A stretch of DNA of 64,000 nt from Candidatus Stammera capleta (GTDB taxonomy: Bacteria; Pseudomonadota; Gammaproteobacteria; Enterobacterales; Enterobacteriaceae), in assembly GCA_036689335.1 (NCBI GenBank), contig CP144796.1:10338-74337 (forward strand). The letters are read 5' to 3'. A program made the position numbers and the translations under genes. Below, one piece after another: positions 51,825-64,000 of the stretch. The notes under the pieces are model-generated. The model was not told the origin of the DNA. It saw only the letters and a list, made by a program, of their open reading frames with translations, and did not search any database. Position 1 is the stretch's first letter, and each line of letters begins with the position of its first letter.

Positions 51825-53921
51825 ATGTCTAAATATGGTTTTTTATTAATTGAGTTGAATATAGAAGAACTTCCTATAGAAGGTTTAAAAAAATTAGGAA
51901 AAGATTTTGTATTTTTTTTTTTACAGGAATTTAAGAAAAGATTTTTTATTTATTCTAGTTGAAATTATTATGTAACATCAAGGAAAATATCTTGTATATT
52001 TAAAGATTTTAGTTTTTATCAAGAAATTAATAAAAATAAAGAAATTATTTATGGTCCTGAAATAAATATAAATACAAAAATAAATCTTTTTAAAAATCCT
52101 TTATTAAGTTGAATAAATAAATTTAATATTAATTTAAAAAAAATAGATTATTTAATAGTTAATAAAAAAAGAAAGTTTTTTATAAAAAAAAAAATTAAAA
52201 AAAAAAATATTGTTTTTTTTATAAATATAATTTTTAAAAATGTATTATCTAAATTAATTAAAAAACGTAAGGTGATGAGATGAGGAAAAAATAATTTTAT
52301 TTTTATTAGACCTATAAATAATATTGTTGTAATGTTTAATAATAAAATTTTAAATGTAAATATTTTTAATATTAAGTCTAATAATTTTATTTTTGGACAT
52401 AGATTTTTAAGTAAAAAAAAAATTTTTTTAAATCATGCTAGGAAATATGAAGAAGTTTTATTTAAATATGGTAAAATTATTGTTGATTATAATAAACGTA
52501 AGAATAAAATAATAAATATTTTAAATAAAATTTGTTTAAAAAAAAATTTTTCTTTTAATTATAGTAATAATTTTTTAAATAAAATTACTTCTATAATAGA
52601 ATGACCTGGTTCTTTAATATGTAAATTTAAAAAAAAATTTTTATCTTTACCTAAAGAATTATTAATTTTTATAATTAAAAAACATTATGGTTTTCCAGTT
52701 TTTGATATAAATTATAATTTATTAAACTATTTAGTTATAATAACTAATTCAAGATTTAATCGTTTAGATTATAAAAATATTAAAAAAAATTATGAATTTG
52801 TTATTAAATCTGAGTTAAATGATGCTAAATTATTATTTCTTAATGATATAAAATTACCTTTTATAAGTTATTTATTAAAATTAAAGAATATTATTTTTTA
52901 TAATAAATTAGGTAGTTTTTTTGATAAAATTAGGAGAATGTTATATTTAACTAAAAAAATTTCTAAATATTTATCTTATAAATTTATTGATATTAATTTA
53001 CTATATCAGGCTATTTTATTAATTAAATGTGATTTAGCTACATCTTTATATAAAGAATATACGGATTTAAAAGGTATTATAGGTATGTATTATTCTTTTT
53101 TAGAATATAAAAATTTAAAATTATCTTTGATAATTAAAAATCATTATCATCCTAGATATTCTGGAGATTATATACCTAATGATAAATATAGTGCTATAAT
53201 TTCATTAGTTGATAAGTTAGATACATTAGTAGGTATTTTAGTATTAAATGATTTTATTGATTTAAATAAAAATAATGATCCATATGGGTTAAGAAAATTA
53301 TCTTTATTAATATTAAATATAATATTAATTAATAATTTTCATTTGAATTTGTATTATTTATTGAAATTTAATATTTCTTTATTTAAAAAAAAACCTAAAA
53401 AAATTAATATAATTATTATTATAAATTTTATTTTTAAACGTTCTAATAAAATATTTCTAGATTTTGGCTATAATAAAAAATTTATTAATTCTGTTAAAAA
53501 TTTAAATATATTTGATTTTTTAGATATTAAATTAAGACTAGAAACAGTATGAAAAATAAGAAATTCTAAAAAATTTTTATTGTTTTTAAATTTGATTAAA
53601 AGAATTAGAAATATTTTATTGAAAAATAAATATATAAATAATTTTTTTTCTATAAATAATGATTTTTTGATTTTAAAAGAAGAAAAAGATTTGTTTAATT
53701 ATGTAATTTTTTTAGAAAAAAAAATTTATTTTTGTTTTAAAAAATATATGTATAATGATTTAATGAATTATTTTTTTATGTCTATTATTAAAGTAGAAAA
53801 TTTTTTTTCTTATGTAATGATAAATGTTAATGATATCAATATTAAAAATAATAGATTAATTTTATTAAATAAATTAAATTTAATATTTTTTAAATTTATT
53901 GATTTTAACAGTCTTATTTAA
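51825..53921 (+). CDS. glyS: Glycine--tRNA ligase beta subunit (strongly diverged)
   Basis: 698-aa frame checked codon by codon over 51825-52332 and found uninterrupted. It contains about 6 TGA=Trp. ..LLIELNIEELP.., ..MRWGKNNF.FIRPI.., ..FGHRF.., ..KCDLATSLYKEYTDLKGIIGMYY.., ..DPYGLRK.., ..NNRLILLNKL.. Confidence 0.88.
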
Positions 53922-55017
53922 TTAATTTATGTATATTTTTGTTTATTATTCCTCCTCCTAAACATATATTTTTTCTATAAAATACTGCTGATTGTCCTGG
54001 AGTAATAGCAAATATAGAACTTTTAAATATTACTTTTATATTTTTATTGAATATAATTTTACATGGTATTTCTTTTTGTTGATATCTAGTTTTTATACTA
54101 CAAAATAAAATTTTGTATTTTTTTTTTAAATGAATAAAATATATATTTTTTATGTATATTCCTTTTGAATATAAAAATTTTTTGTTTCTTTTTTTAACTA
54201 CCAAAAGTATATTTTTTTTATTTTTTTTTTTTACTACATAATATGGTACATTACTTTTTATATTTAAATTTTTTCTTTGTCCTATAGTATAGTAGAAAAG
54301 TCCTTTGTGGTATCCTAAAAATTTTTTATTTTCTATGTCTATAATTTTACCTGGTTTATCTTTTATAAAATTTTTAATAAAATTTTTGTATTTTTTTTTA
54401 CCTATAAAACATATTCCTGTAGAACTTTTTTTTTTAGCATTTGGTAATTTTAAATTTAAGGCTATTTCCCTTATTTTTTTTTTGTAGTAAGTTCCTAATG
54501 GAAATAAAGATTTTTTTATTTGTTTTTGTTTAATTGTATATAAAAAATAACTTTGATCTTTTGAATTGTCTATTCCTTTTAATAATAAATATATATTTTT
54601 TTTTCTTATTTTATTTACATAATGTCCTGTAGCTATAAAATCTGCTTTTAATACTTTTAAAGCAAATTTTAAAAAAAGTTTAAATTTTATTTCTTTATTA
54701 CATAATATATCTGGATTAGGTGTTTTAGATTTATTTAGTTCTTTAATAAAATTTTTAAAAACTTTATTTCAATATTCATAAGAAAAATTTATTTTATGTA
54801 ATTTTATATTAAATTTTTTACATATATTTAAAGCATCTAAATAATCTTTTTGGTAATTACAGTATTCTAGGTTTTGATTATTTTCTTCTCAACACTTTAT
54901 AAATAAACATTCTACTTTAAAACCAATTTGTTTTAATAATCATGTAGTAACTGAAGAATCTATTCCTCCAGATAATCCCACTATAACTTTATAAATTTTT
55001 TTTATTTTAAATTTCAT
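53914..55017 (-). CDS. mnmA: tRNA-specific 2-thiouridylase MnmA
   Basis: MKFKIKKIYKVIVGLSGGIDSSVTTWLLK..G..V..LF.K.W.E.. ..ATGHY.. ..KDQSYFLY.. ..STGICFIG.. ..TIGQR.. ..TPGQSAVFY....CLGGGII. Frame anchors were checked at 5 points. Overlaps the glyS 3' end by 8 nt. Confidence 0.92.
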
Positions 55018-55021
55018 TTTT

Positions 55022-56176
55022 TTAAAAAAATTTTATTTTATTGTAAATTTTTTTTATCGTTAATATAAAAAAATCTATTAAATATTTAATAAAATTTGTA
55101 TTTTCATTATTTTCTAAAGAAATTAAAAGATTTTTTTTTTTTTTTGAATTAATAATTATTTTTCCTAAAATTTGTTTTTTTTTAATTGGAGATTTGATAA
55201 TTTTAAATATTTTAAAAGTAATTTTTTTTTTTAAAATATTATTTTTTTTATATAATATATATATATTTCTATTAGTACCTATATTAATATATTTTTTGTT
55301 ACCCAATCATGTTTTTATTTGTTTTATTTCATTGAAATATTTGAATATTTTTTTTATTTTAAAATTATTAAATCCTCATTGAATTAATTTTTTTGTATCA
55401 TTATTTCTTTCTTTTATAGATTTAGATCCTAGTACTACACATATTAATCTTAACTTATTTTTTTTTGCTGATGTTATAAGATTATAACCTGCATTATTTG
55501 TATGACCAGTTTTTATACCATCTATATTTAAATTTTTATTTCATAATAAAGAATTTCTATTTTTTTGTTTAATATTATTAAAAGTAAATGTTTTTCTTTT
55601 ATATATTTTATAATCCTTTGGAAAATTTTTTATTAGTAATAAACTTAATTTAACCATATCTTTAGAAGTTGTATATTGATTATTTTTATCTAATCCATGT
55701 ACTGTTTTAAAATTGGTATTATTTAAATTCATATTTTTAGCATAAAAATTCATTAATTTAATAAATTTTTTTTCATTACCTGAAATATATTCGGCTATAG
55801 CTACACTAGCATCATTACCTGATTGTATTATCATTCCTTTATTTAAATTATTTAACGTAACCTTATCTCTTTTTTTTAAAAACATTAATGATGAATTTTT
55901 AAATATAGGATTTTTTGATGAAGAGTTATTATTAATTATAATTATATCTTTTAAAGATATTTTTTTATGTTTTAATTTATCTAATAAAATATAATTTGTC
56001 ATTATTTTAGTTAAACTCGCAGGAGATAATTTTAAATTAATATTTTTTTTTGCTAATATTTTTTGAGAATTATATTCTATTAAAATAAATGATTTAGAGT
56101 GAATATTGTTTGCTATATTATTAGCAAATGAATTAGTAAATAATACTAATATTAGTAGTAATTTAAGTTTTTTCAT
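55022..56176 (-). CDS. dacA: D-alanyl-D-alanine carboxypeptidase (PBP5/6 family, DacA-like)
   Basis: Signal-like N-terminus. SPASLTK (SxxK), SGND (SxN) and KTGHT (KTG) motifs. Track ORFs 55541-56176 and 55022-55306 are in one frame joined via 3 TGA. Confidence 0.9.
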
Positions 56177-56179
56177 ATT

Positions 56180-57250
56180 TTATTTTTTTTTTATTGACAT
56201 GATAATTCCAAATATAGACATATTTGTTATTAGAGATGATCCTCCATAACTTATTAATGGTAATGGTATTCCTACGATAGGTAAAATACCACTTACCATA
56301 CTTATATTTATAAGGGTATTAATAAAAAATATTATTATAAAGCTAGAAGAAAGTAATTTTTCAAAAAAAGTATTACTATTTATAGATATATAAAAACTTC
56401 TAGTTATTAATAAACTATATATAATTAATAAAAATAATACTCCTATGAATCCATGTTCTTCGGCTATAATAGTAAATATAAAGTCTGTTTTTTTTTCTGG
56501 TATAAAGTTTAATTTTGATTGAGTTCCATAAAATATTCCTTTTCCATATTTTCCTCCAGACCCTATAGAAATTTTAGATTGATTAATTTGATATCCGTTT
56601 TTTAAGGATTTTTTATTAGTAATTAATGTAATTATTCTTTCTTTTTGGTAATTATGTAAAAAAAATTTTCATACTATTGGTAATAATATAATACTTGTTA
56701 TTGTAAATAATAAAATAATTTTTTTATTAATTCCACCTAAATATAAAGTAATTAAACCTGATATATATATTAATATAGATGTTCCTAAATCAGGTTGTAA
56801 ATATACTAGTATAGTTGGTATTAAAATTATTAGTTTAGTTTTAAATAAATCTTTAATTTTTAATGGATAATTGTTGTCTATATATTTAGCAATTATTATT
56901 GGTATAATTATTTTAGCTATTTCTGATGGTTGAAATTGAAATATTCCTATATTTATCCATCTTTGAGCTCCTTTAATAATATGTCCTTTTATATAAACTA
57001 TTAATAAAAGAATATTACATAGAATATAAAGTATATTAGAATTATTTTTATAAAACGAACTTTTTAATTTAGTTAATAGAATCATTAAAAATATACTTAT
57101 TGATAAATGAATTATTCTTTTATATATTATATATATATTTTTATTACTTGCACTATATATAATTATAGTGCTATAAATAGATATTACTATAATACAGAAA
57201 AATATTATTATATCTAAATTATTGTAAAAATTTTTAATTTTTTTTATCAT
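56180..57250 (-). CDS. rodA: Peptidoglycan glycosyltransferase RodA (SEDS family)
   Basis: 356-aa polytopic protein. ..GAQRWINIGIFQFQPSEIAKI.., ..PDLGTS.., ..EEHGFIG.., ..GILPIVGIPLPLISYGGSS. At least one TGA=Trp. Immediately follows mrdA. Confidence 0.92.
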
Positions 57251-57251
57251 A

Positions 57252-59045
57252 TTAAGTATTTTTTTTAAGAATTATTTTTTTATTTTTATATAAAAAATCT
57301 GTTATTTTTCTCATAATATATCCTATTCTTGGTCCATTACCTCCATGTTCTAATACAATTGAAATAGCGAAATTAGGTTTTTTATATGGTATATATGCAT
57401 TCATTAAAGTATGATCTTGAAATATAGTGTTTTTATTTTTTAAAAAATAATTTTTTTGTAATGATATTATTTGTGCTGTTCCTGATTTTGTAGCTATTTT
57501 GTATTTTGTATTTAAAAAATTTTTATAAGCTGTTCCATTTTTTTTGCATGCTACACCGTACATACTTGTTTTAATTATTTTTCAATATTTTTTTTTTATA
57601 TTTTTAATTTTTTTAATATATAATTTAATATTTTTATTATTTTCTATATTTTTTAATAAGTGCGGTTTTATAATAAATCCATTATTTATTAGTGTTAATA
57701 AAGCTTTATTCATTTGTATAGGAGTAATTGCTAAATTTCCTTGACCAATACCTATTAAAATTGTATTTCCTATATATCAATTATTTTTTTTTATTATTTT
57801 TTTATTAGGTAAAAAACCAATATTTTCGTTTGGTAAATCTATACCTGTTTTTTTACCATATCCAAATTTTTTGATTCATTTAATTAAATTTTTTATTCCC
57901 ATATTATATGCTATGTGGTAATAAAATGTATCTGATGATTCTTCTATTGATTTTCTAATATTTATTAGTCCATGTCCTAATGTTTTTCAATCATAAAATA
58001 TTTTTTTATATTTAGGTAATTTTCATCATCCTGGATCAAACATTATATGTTTAATATTTATTATTTTTTTATGTAATGCTGCTAAAGCAATATAAGGTTT
58101 TATAGTTGATGCTGGTGGATATATTCCTTGAATAGTTTTATTTGTTAAAGGGCTATAAGGATTGTTAATAATTTTTTTATATTTTTTATTAGATATATTT
58201 TTAGTAAAAAAATTTGGATTATATCCTGGAGTAGAAATTAAAGTAAAAATTTCTCCGTTATTTGGATTAGATACAATTATTGAAGATTGATTATTTTTTA
58301 CTAATTTATATATAAATTTTTGAATATTTATATCAATTGTTAAATAAATATTTTTACCAGCATAAGATTTTTGTATATTGGTGATATTTAATATTTCACC
58401 TTTATTATTTAAAATTATTTTTTTAATTCCATATTTTCCATGTAAAATATTTTCGTAATATTTTTCTATACCATTTTTACCTATATAATTGTTGTTATTT
58501 TTATCTTTTGATGTATATCCTATTACATGTGATAAAATATTTTTATAAGGATAAAATCTATGTTTGTTTTTTTTTAAATATATATATTTAAGTATTGATT
58601 TATTTTTATAATATTCTATTAAATCTTTAGTATTTAAATATTTTTTAATAATAATATTTTTATCTACATTATTTTTATATATTTTTATAAATTTATTGAT
58701 TTTTTTTTTTGATAAACAAAAAATTTTTTCTATTTTTTTTTTTATTTTATTAATTTTTTTTGTTTTAATAGTTAAATAATAATAATTTTTATTTATTACT
58801 ATTGGTATTTTGTTTCTATCGAATATTATTCCTCTGTATGGTATACTAGGTTCAAGTCTAGTATAATTATTTTTAGCTAAACTAGAATAGTATCTAAAAT
58901 TGATTATTTGTAATTTATATATGTTAAATATACTAATTGTTAACATAAAAAATAGAATGAAAATAGTTTTTTTAGATCTTTTTAAGAAAATGTCATTTTT
59001 TTTTTTATTAAAATAATAAAAATAATTTTTATATTTAAAGTTCAT
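57252..59045 (-). CDS. mrdA: Penicillin-binding protein 2 (elongasome transpeptidase)
   Basis: 597-aa single frame with about 7 TGA=Trp. ..RG.IFDRN.. N-terminal module, PPASTIKP (SxxK), ESSD (SxD) and KSGTAQ (KTG-type). Confidence 0.92.
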
Positions 59046-59169
59046 AATATTTATTAGTTATTAACTTTTAATATAAATTATAATATATAAATTGATAATT
59101 TAAATAAAAATGATATTATATATATAAATTTAATTTTTTATTTATTATTTAAATAATTTAATATATTTT

Positions 59170-60837
59170 ATGTTTAAGAATCCTATAAAAACCAAATATT
59201 GATGTAAATTAAATGATCATTATTTATCTATTAAAGATAAAGAAATTTTTGATTTGTTTAAAGAAGATAAAGAAAGATTTAGTAATTTTTCTATTAATTA
59301 TAGAAATAAAATTTTAGTAGATTTTTCTAAAAATCGTATTGTATTAAAAACTTTAGATTTATTTTTTGGTTTATTAGAAGAAATTAATTTTAAAAATTAT
59401 ATTTTTTCTATGTTATCTGGAGAAAAAATAAATTTTACAGAAAATAAACCTGTTTTACATTTTTTATTGAGAGATAGAAAAAATGTTTTTTTAAATAAAA
59501 ATTCAGATTTTATAGATATTAAAAAAGATATAGATACAAATTTAAATAAAATAAAGTTTTTTACAGATAAAATATTAAATGGTGAGTGATTAGGTTTTTC
59601 AGGTAAAAAAATTATTAATATAGTTAATGTTGGTATAGGTGGATCTGATATAGGTCCTCGTATGATTATAAATGCTTTATCTTTATATAAAAATAGTGAT
59701 ATAAAGATGTATTTTATATCTAACATAGATTCTACTGATATTATAAAAGTTTTAAATAAATTAAATCCTGAAAATACTCTTTTTATAGTATGTTCTAAAA
59801 CATTTACTACTTTAGAAACTTTAAATAATGCTAACATTTTACGTAAATGAATATTAAATTTTTATAATAATAAAGAAAAGTCTTTAAATTATCATTTTAT
59901 ATTAGTATCAAGTAATTTTACTGAATCAGTTAAATTTGGGGTAAATTTGAATAATATTTTTATTGTTCATAATTGAGTTGGTGGAAGATATTCGTTTTGT
60001 TCTGCTTTTGGTATATCTATTTCTTTAGCTATAGGTTTTAATAATTTTATTAAATTATTAGATGGAGCTCATGATATGGATGTTCATTTTTTTAATGAAG
60101 ATTATTTGAATAATATACCAATAGTTTTAGCTATAATAAGTATTTGATATAATAATTTTTTTAATTTTAGTACTGAAGCAGTATTAGCTTATAATGAAAA
60201 TTTATTTTATTTACCTATTTATTTACAGCAACTTGTTATGGAATCTAATGGAAAATATGTAGATTATAATGGTAATTATATAAATAAGTATAATACATCT
60301 CCTATTATATGAGGAGGAACAGGAACTGTATCTCAACATTCTTTTTATCAATTATTACATCAGGGTACATATATTGTACCTTGTGATTTTATAGCTGAAA
60401 TTAAAAATATTAATAACATTAATGATTCTCATTTTAAATTGATGTCTAATTTTATTTCTCAGACTCAATCGTTAGCTTTTGGAGATAAAATATTTAAAAA
60501 TAATAATTTTAATAATTATAATAGTTTAAATAAATTTACTCAATTTAAAGGTAATCGTCCTACTAATACTATTCTAATTAAAAAAATTAATCCTTATACT
60601 TTGGGATTATTAATATCTTTATATGAACATAAAGTTTTTACTCAAGGAATAATTTTAAATATATGTAGTTTTGATCAATGAGGTGTAGAATTAGGTAAAA
60701 AATTATCTAATGTATTATTACCTTATTTAGGTAAAAATAATATTTTAAAAAATAAAAATTTTAAAAAAAATATTTATTTAGATAATTCTACATTGAATTT
60801 AATAAATTTTTTTAATAAATATTGTGTTAAAAAATAA
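59170..60837 (+). CDS. pgi: Glucose-6-phosphate isomerase
   Basis: 555-aa single frame, with track ORFs joined by 6-7 TGA=Trp. ..NVGIGGSDIGPRM.., ..FIVCSKTFTT.ET.., ..WVGGRYS.., ..QQL.MESNGK.., ..WGG.GT..QHSFYQL.HQG.., ..FDQWGVELGK. Confidence 0.95.
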
Positions 60838-60851
60838 CTTTTATAAATAAA

Positions 60852-61127
60852 ATGGCAAATAATAAATCTTCTAAAAAAAGAATTTTAATAAATAAATTAA
60901 GAAATAGAAATAATATAAGTAAAAAATCTATGTTAAAAACCTATATAAAAAAATTTAAATTATCTATAAAAAATAAAAATAAAAAATCAGTTATAATTTA
61001 TTATACTTTAATACAATCTCTATTAGATAAATTATCTTCTAAAAAAGTTATACATTTTAATAAATCTTCTAGATATAAATCTAGTTTATCTAAATTAATG
61101 AATTTTTTTTTAAAGAATTTTATTTAA
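60852..61127 (+). CDS. rpsT: 30S ribosomal protein S20
   Basis: 91 aa, MANNKSSKKRIL.N..RN..N.S.KSMLKT.IKK. Confidence 0.9.
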   Translation: MANNKSSKKRILINKLRNRNNISKKSMLKTYIKKFKLSIKNKNKKSVIIYYTLIQSLLDKLSSKKVIHFNKSSRYKSSLSKLMNFFLKNFI

Positions 61128-61135
61128 ATTAGTTT

Positions 61136-61915
61136 TTATTTAAATTTATATTTAGAATATAAATTTGTAATTTTACAAAAATTTTTTATAGAAATTTTAT
61201 TAGGTCTTTTATTTAAATTTATATTATTTTTTTTAATTATTTTTTTATTTAAAATATTTTTTAAATTATTTATTATTTTTTTTTTTTTTCTTTTAAATGA
61301 AATATTTAATATATGATTAAGATGTTTAATATTTAAAAGTTTGTATTTTTTTTTTCTAGGTTTTAATATTATAAAAACTGAATTTACTTTAGGTTTAGGA
61401 TAAAAAAATTTATTTTTAATATTCATTAATATTTTGATATTATAAATATATTTTATTAAAATACTAATTTTGCTATATTTTTTATCTCCTTTTTTAGCAA
61501 TTAATAAATCACAAAATTCTTTTTGTATCATTATATGTATATCTTTTATAATTTTAAAATTCTTTATAAATATAAAGAATAATTTTTTAGTTAAATAATA
61601 TGGTATATTACCAAATATTCTAATTTTTTTTTTTTTTTTTAAAAAAAAATTCAAAAAATTAAATTTTAATACACTTATATTAATTAAGTTTATTTTTATT
61701 TTTTTTTTTTTATTTTTTTTTATTAAATATTTATCTATTTCTAATGAAGTTAAATTTTTATTGTATTTAATTATTTTATTTGAAATTTCTCCATGACCAT
61801 AACCTATTTCTATAAAAATGTCTTTTTTTTTTGGTTTAATAAATTTAATTATTTTTTTGATTATTGTTTTGTTTTTTAAAAAAACTTGTCCTAAACTATT
61901 TTTTATTTTCAACAT
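61136..61915 (-). CDS. rsmA: 16S rRNA (adenine1518/1519-N6)-dimethyltransferase RsmA/KsgA
   Basis: 259 aa, ..LGQVFL.N...I.KI.......D.FIEIG.G.G..S.. ..IFGNIPYY. Confidence 0.88.
   Translation of the reverse strand: MLKIKNSLGQVFLKNKTIIKKIIKFIKPKKKDIFIEIGYGHGEISNKIIKYNKNLTSLEIDKYLIKKNKKKKIKINLINISVLKFNFLNFFLKKKKKIRIFGNIPYYLTKKLFFIFIKNFKIIKDIHIMIQKEFCDLLIAKKGDKKYSKISILIKYIYNIKILMNIKNKFFYPKPKVNSVFIILKPRKKKYKLLNIKHLNHILNISFKRKKKKIINNLKNILNKKIIKKNNINLNKRPNKISIKNFCKITNLYSKYKFK
61624..61640 (-). repeat. A17 homopolymer (minus strand) inside rsmA (encodes L-KKKKK-I), preceded by T9
   Basis: Direct count of 17 T on the plus strand, followed by 9 A. In frame within rsmA. Confidence 0.95.
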
Positions 61916-62036
61916 AATATTTTTATATATGTAAATATTTTAAAATAAATTTAATATTATTGATAGTATATATGTTATACTTAAATAAGTATTTTAATAT
62001 ACATTTTTAATTTTTTTTTGAAATTATTTTACTAGT

Positions 62037-62768
62037 ATGCAATGATATTTTAGGTATTTGATAATTAAACATATATATATAGCTTATTTTTTGATTTTTT
62101 TAGTTTCTTTATTTGAATCATTAGCTTTTTTGGGTTTTTTAATACCTAGTAGCATGATTATGTTTTTGATAGGTTTTTTTATAGGTAAAGGTAATATAAA
62201 TTTTTATTACTCGTATATTTTAGTGGTTTTAGGTTGTACTTTAGGGGATATAATTTCTTATTATATTGGAAAATATTTAAAAGATTATTTATTTTATTTT
62301 CGAAAAAAAATATCTAATTATATAAATATTTTTGAAAATATATTTAAATATTTTAAAAAAAATTCTTCTTTTGTAATTGTATCTAGTAAATTTACTGGAC
62401 CAGTAAAATCATTTTTTTTTTTTATTTCTGGTATGTTAGAAATATCTCTTCAAAAAATTATTTTACCTAATTTTTTAAGTATTTTATTATGGTCTATTTC
62501 TTTTTTTATACCTGGTATGTTATCTGGTGTAGCAGTTACTTTACCTAATAGTTTTTTATTTAGAACACATTTATTTAGTTTTATATTTTTATTAGTTTTA
62601 GATATTTATATTTTTTGTAAGTGATTAAACAAAGATTTTTTAAATAAAAATTTATCTAGATTTTTTTTAATTGTTTTTTTATGTTTATGTATGAAACATT
62701 TATTAATTATAATTAATGATAATATTTTTAGTATTTTTATGAAATTAATGTTTAAGTTATTTTTTTAA
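62037..62768 (+). CDS. DedA-family inner-membrane protein
   Basis: ATG 62037 then CAA TGA(W): MQWYFRYLIIKH..LVSLFESLAFLGFLIPSS.. ..GCTLGDIISYYIGKY.. is typical DedA/SNARE-associated. A second TGA at 62622-62624 extends the frame to TAA 62766-62768. Confidence 0.65.
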
Positions 62769-62771
62769 TTT

Positions 62772-64000
62772 TTACATAAACTTTCTTTTCTCTCCTTTAC
62801 CTATAAGATTATTAATACATCTTTTACATATATTAGGATATTTTTTATTTGTATTTATATTATATACATAATGTCAACATCTTTTACATTTAATACCTTT
62901 ATGTTTTTTACATTTAATTTTGAAAAAATTATTTTTGTTTAATTCTGAATTAGATTTTATTTTTAATTCTGAAGTTATAAAAAAAAATTTTAATTCTGAT
63001 TTCATTTTTTCTATTTTTTGAAAAAAATTTTTTTCTAAATATAAAATTATTTTTGTTTCTAAAGTAGAATTAATTTTTTTTTTTAATCTAATTTTTTCTA
63101 TTTTTTTATTCAAATGATTTTTAATTTTTATTAATTTTTTTCAAATATTAATATTTATATTATTATTTTTATGTATATAAAATAATTTTTTATATCATGT
63201 TTCAGTATATATTGAAAAAGATTTTTTTCTAGTAACATAACTGTATATTTCTTCTACGGTAAAGGATAATATAGGAGTAATTCATTTTATTAATGTTTCA
63301 AGTAATATTCATAAAGTAGTTTGTACACTTAAATAAGGTAGAGTATTTTTTTTTATTGTATATTTTCTATCTTTAATAATATTTAAATAAATTGAACTTA
63401 GATAAATTACACAAAAATTAAGTATTTTTTTTGTAACTTTATAAAATTTAAATTTTTCGTATAGTTGGATTATTTTTTCTTGTGTTTTTTTAGCTTTATG
63501 TATAATTCATTTATCTATTAATAATATTTTAGAAGGTTTAATTAGTTGTTTTTCAAAGTTATATATATCTAAATTAGAAATTATAAATTTTATAGTATTT
63601 CTTATTTTTCTATACATTTCACTAGTTCTTAAAATTATATCATTAGATATATGTATTTCTTTAGTAAATTTAGTGGATGCTACTCATAGTCTTAATATAT
63701 CTGCTCCAAATTTATTTATTATTTCTTTAGGATTTATATAATTATTTAATGATTTAGACATTTTTTTTCCTTTTTCATCTACTATAAATCCATGCGTTAC
63801 TATTTTTTTATATGGAGCGCAATTATTAATTGCAGTACTAATTATTAATGATGACATAAATCATCCTCTATATTGATCTGATCCTTCTAAATATAAATCT
63901 ATTTGTTTTTTTTTATTTTTATTAAATTTAGGATTCATAATTGTAAAACATGTTGATCCTGAATCAAATCATACATCTAGTACATCCAATATTTTAATAT
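62772..64000 (-). CDS. ileS: Isoleucine--tRNA ligase, C-terminal part (5' end outside window)
   Basis: Minus-strand frame from the window edge: ..DVLDVWFDSGS.. [15 protein letters not shown].. [22 protein letters not shown].. GADILRLWVAS.. C-terminal zinc finger ..[25 protein letters not shown]. At least 8 TGA=Trp. Confidence 0.95.

Overview
This 64-kb window comes from an extremely A+T-rich, gene-dense, highly reduced bacterial genome. A+T is roughly 80-85% by eye outside the RNA genes. Gene order and the rRNA/tRNA sequences look gammaproteobacterial with E. coli-like local synteny, which fits an obligate, probably insect-associated, endosymbiont; I cannot name the organism from sequence alone.

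The key to reading the window is that TGA is a sense codon (Trp). Almost every 'fragmented' ORF in the supplied standard-code track is one intact gene whose pieces share a frame and are joined only by TGA at conserved Trp positions. Re-read this way, the window holds about 75 protein genes, one complete rrn operon (16S, tRNA-Glu, 23S, 5S, tRNA-Asp), 9 tRNAs and tmRNA.

The gene blocks are:
- deaD', tRNA-Val, ssrA, smpB, grpE, tRNA-Ile2, gpmA.
- rbfA-infB-nusA, tRNA-Leu, secG, ftsH, rlmE, greA, rpmA-rplU.
- mreBCD, tldD, rplM-rpsI, mutS, rpsF-rpsR-rplI.
- The rrn operon.
- orn, tRNA-Gly, amiB-mutL-miaA-hflX-rlmB.
- fmt-def, tRNA-Cys and tRNA-Leu.
- A fused str/S10/spc/alpha ribosomal-protein block of 31 genes.
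- alr, glyQS, mnmA, dacA-rodA-mrdA, pgi, rpsT, rsmA, a DedA-family protein and ileS'.

I found no mobile elements, CRISPR arrays, prophage genes, toxin or defence genes, and no discrete novel multi-gene system.

The observations most worth a second look:
- The UGA-to-Trp recoding itself.
- An rlmE frameshift inside an A9 tract, the only broken gene in the window.
- The orn stop codon buried inside tRNA-Gly.
- A zero-spacer smpB-ssrA-tRNA-Val array.
- Retention of mutS/mutL and a complete rod-shape/peptidoglycan elongation gene set in such an eroded genome.
- A15-A17 tracts inside intact genes, including mutL.
- Scarless loss of hfq, priB, rpmD and rimP, and of the ribosomal-protein operon leaders.

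All homology statements come from hand translation and remembered E. coli sequences, not from database searches. rRNA ends are accurate to about +/-5 nt.
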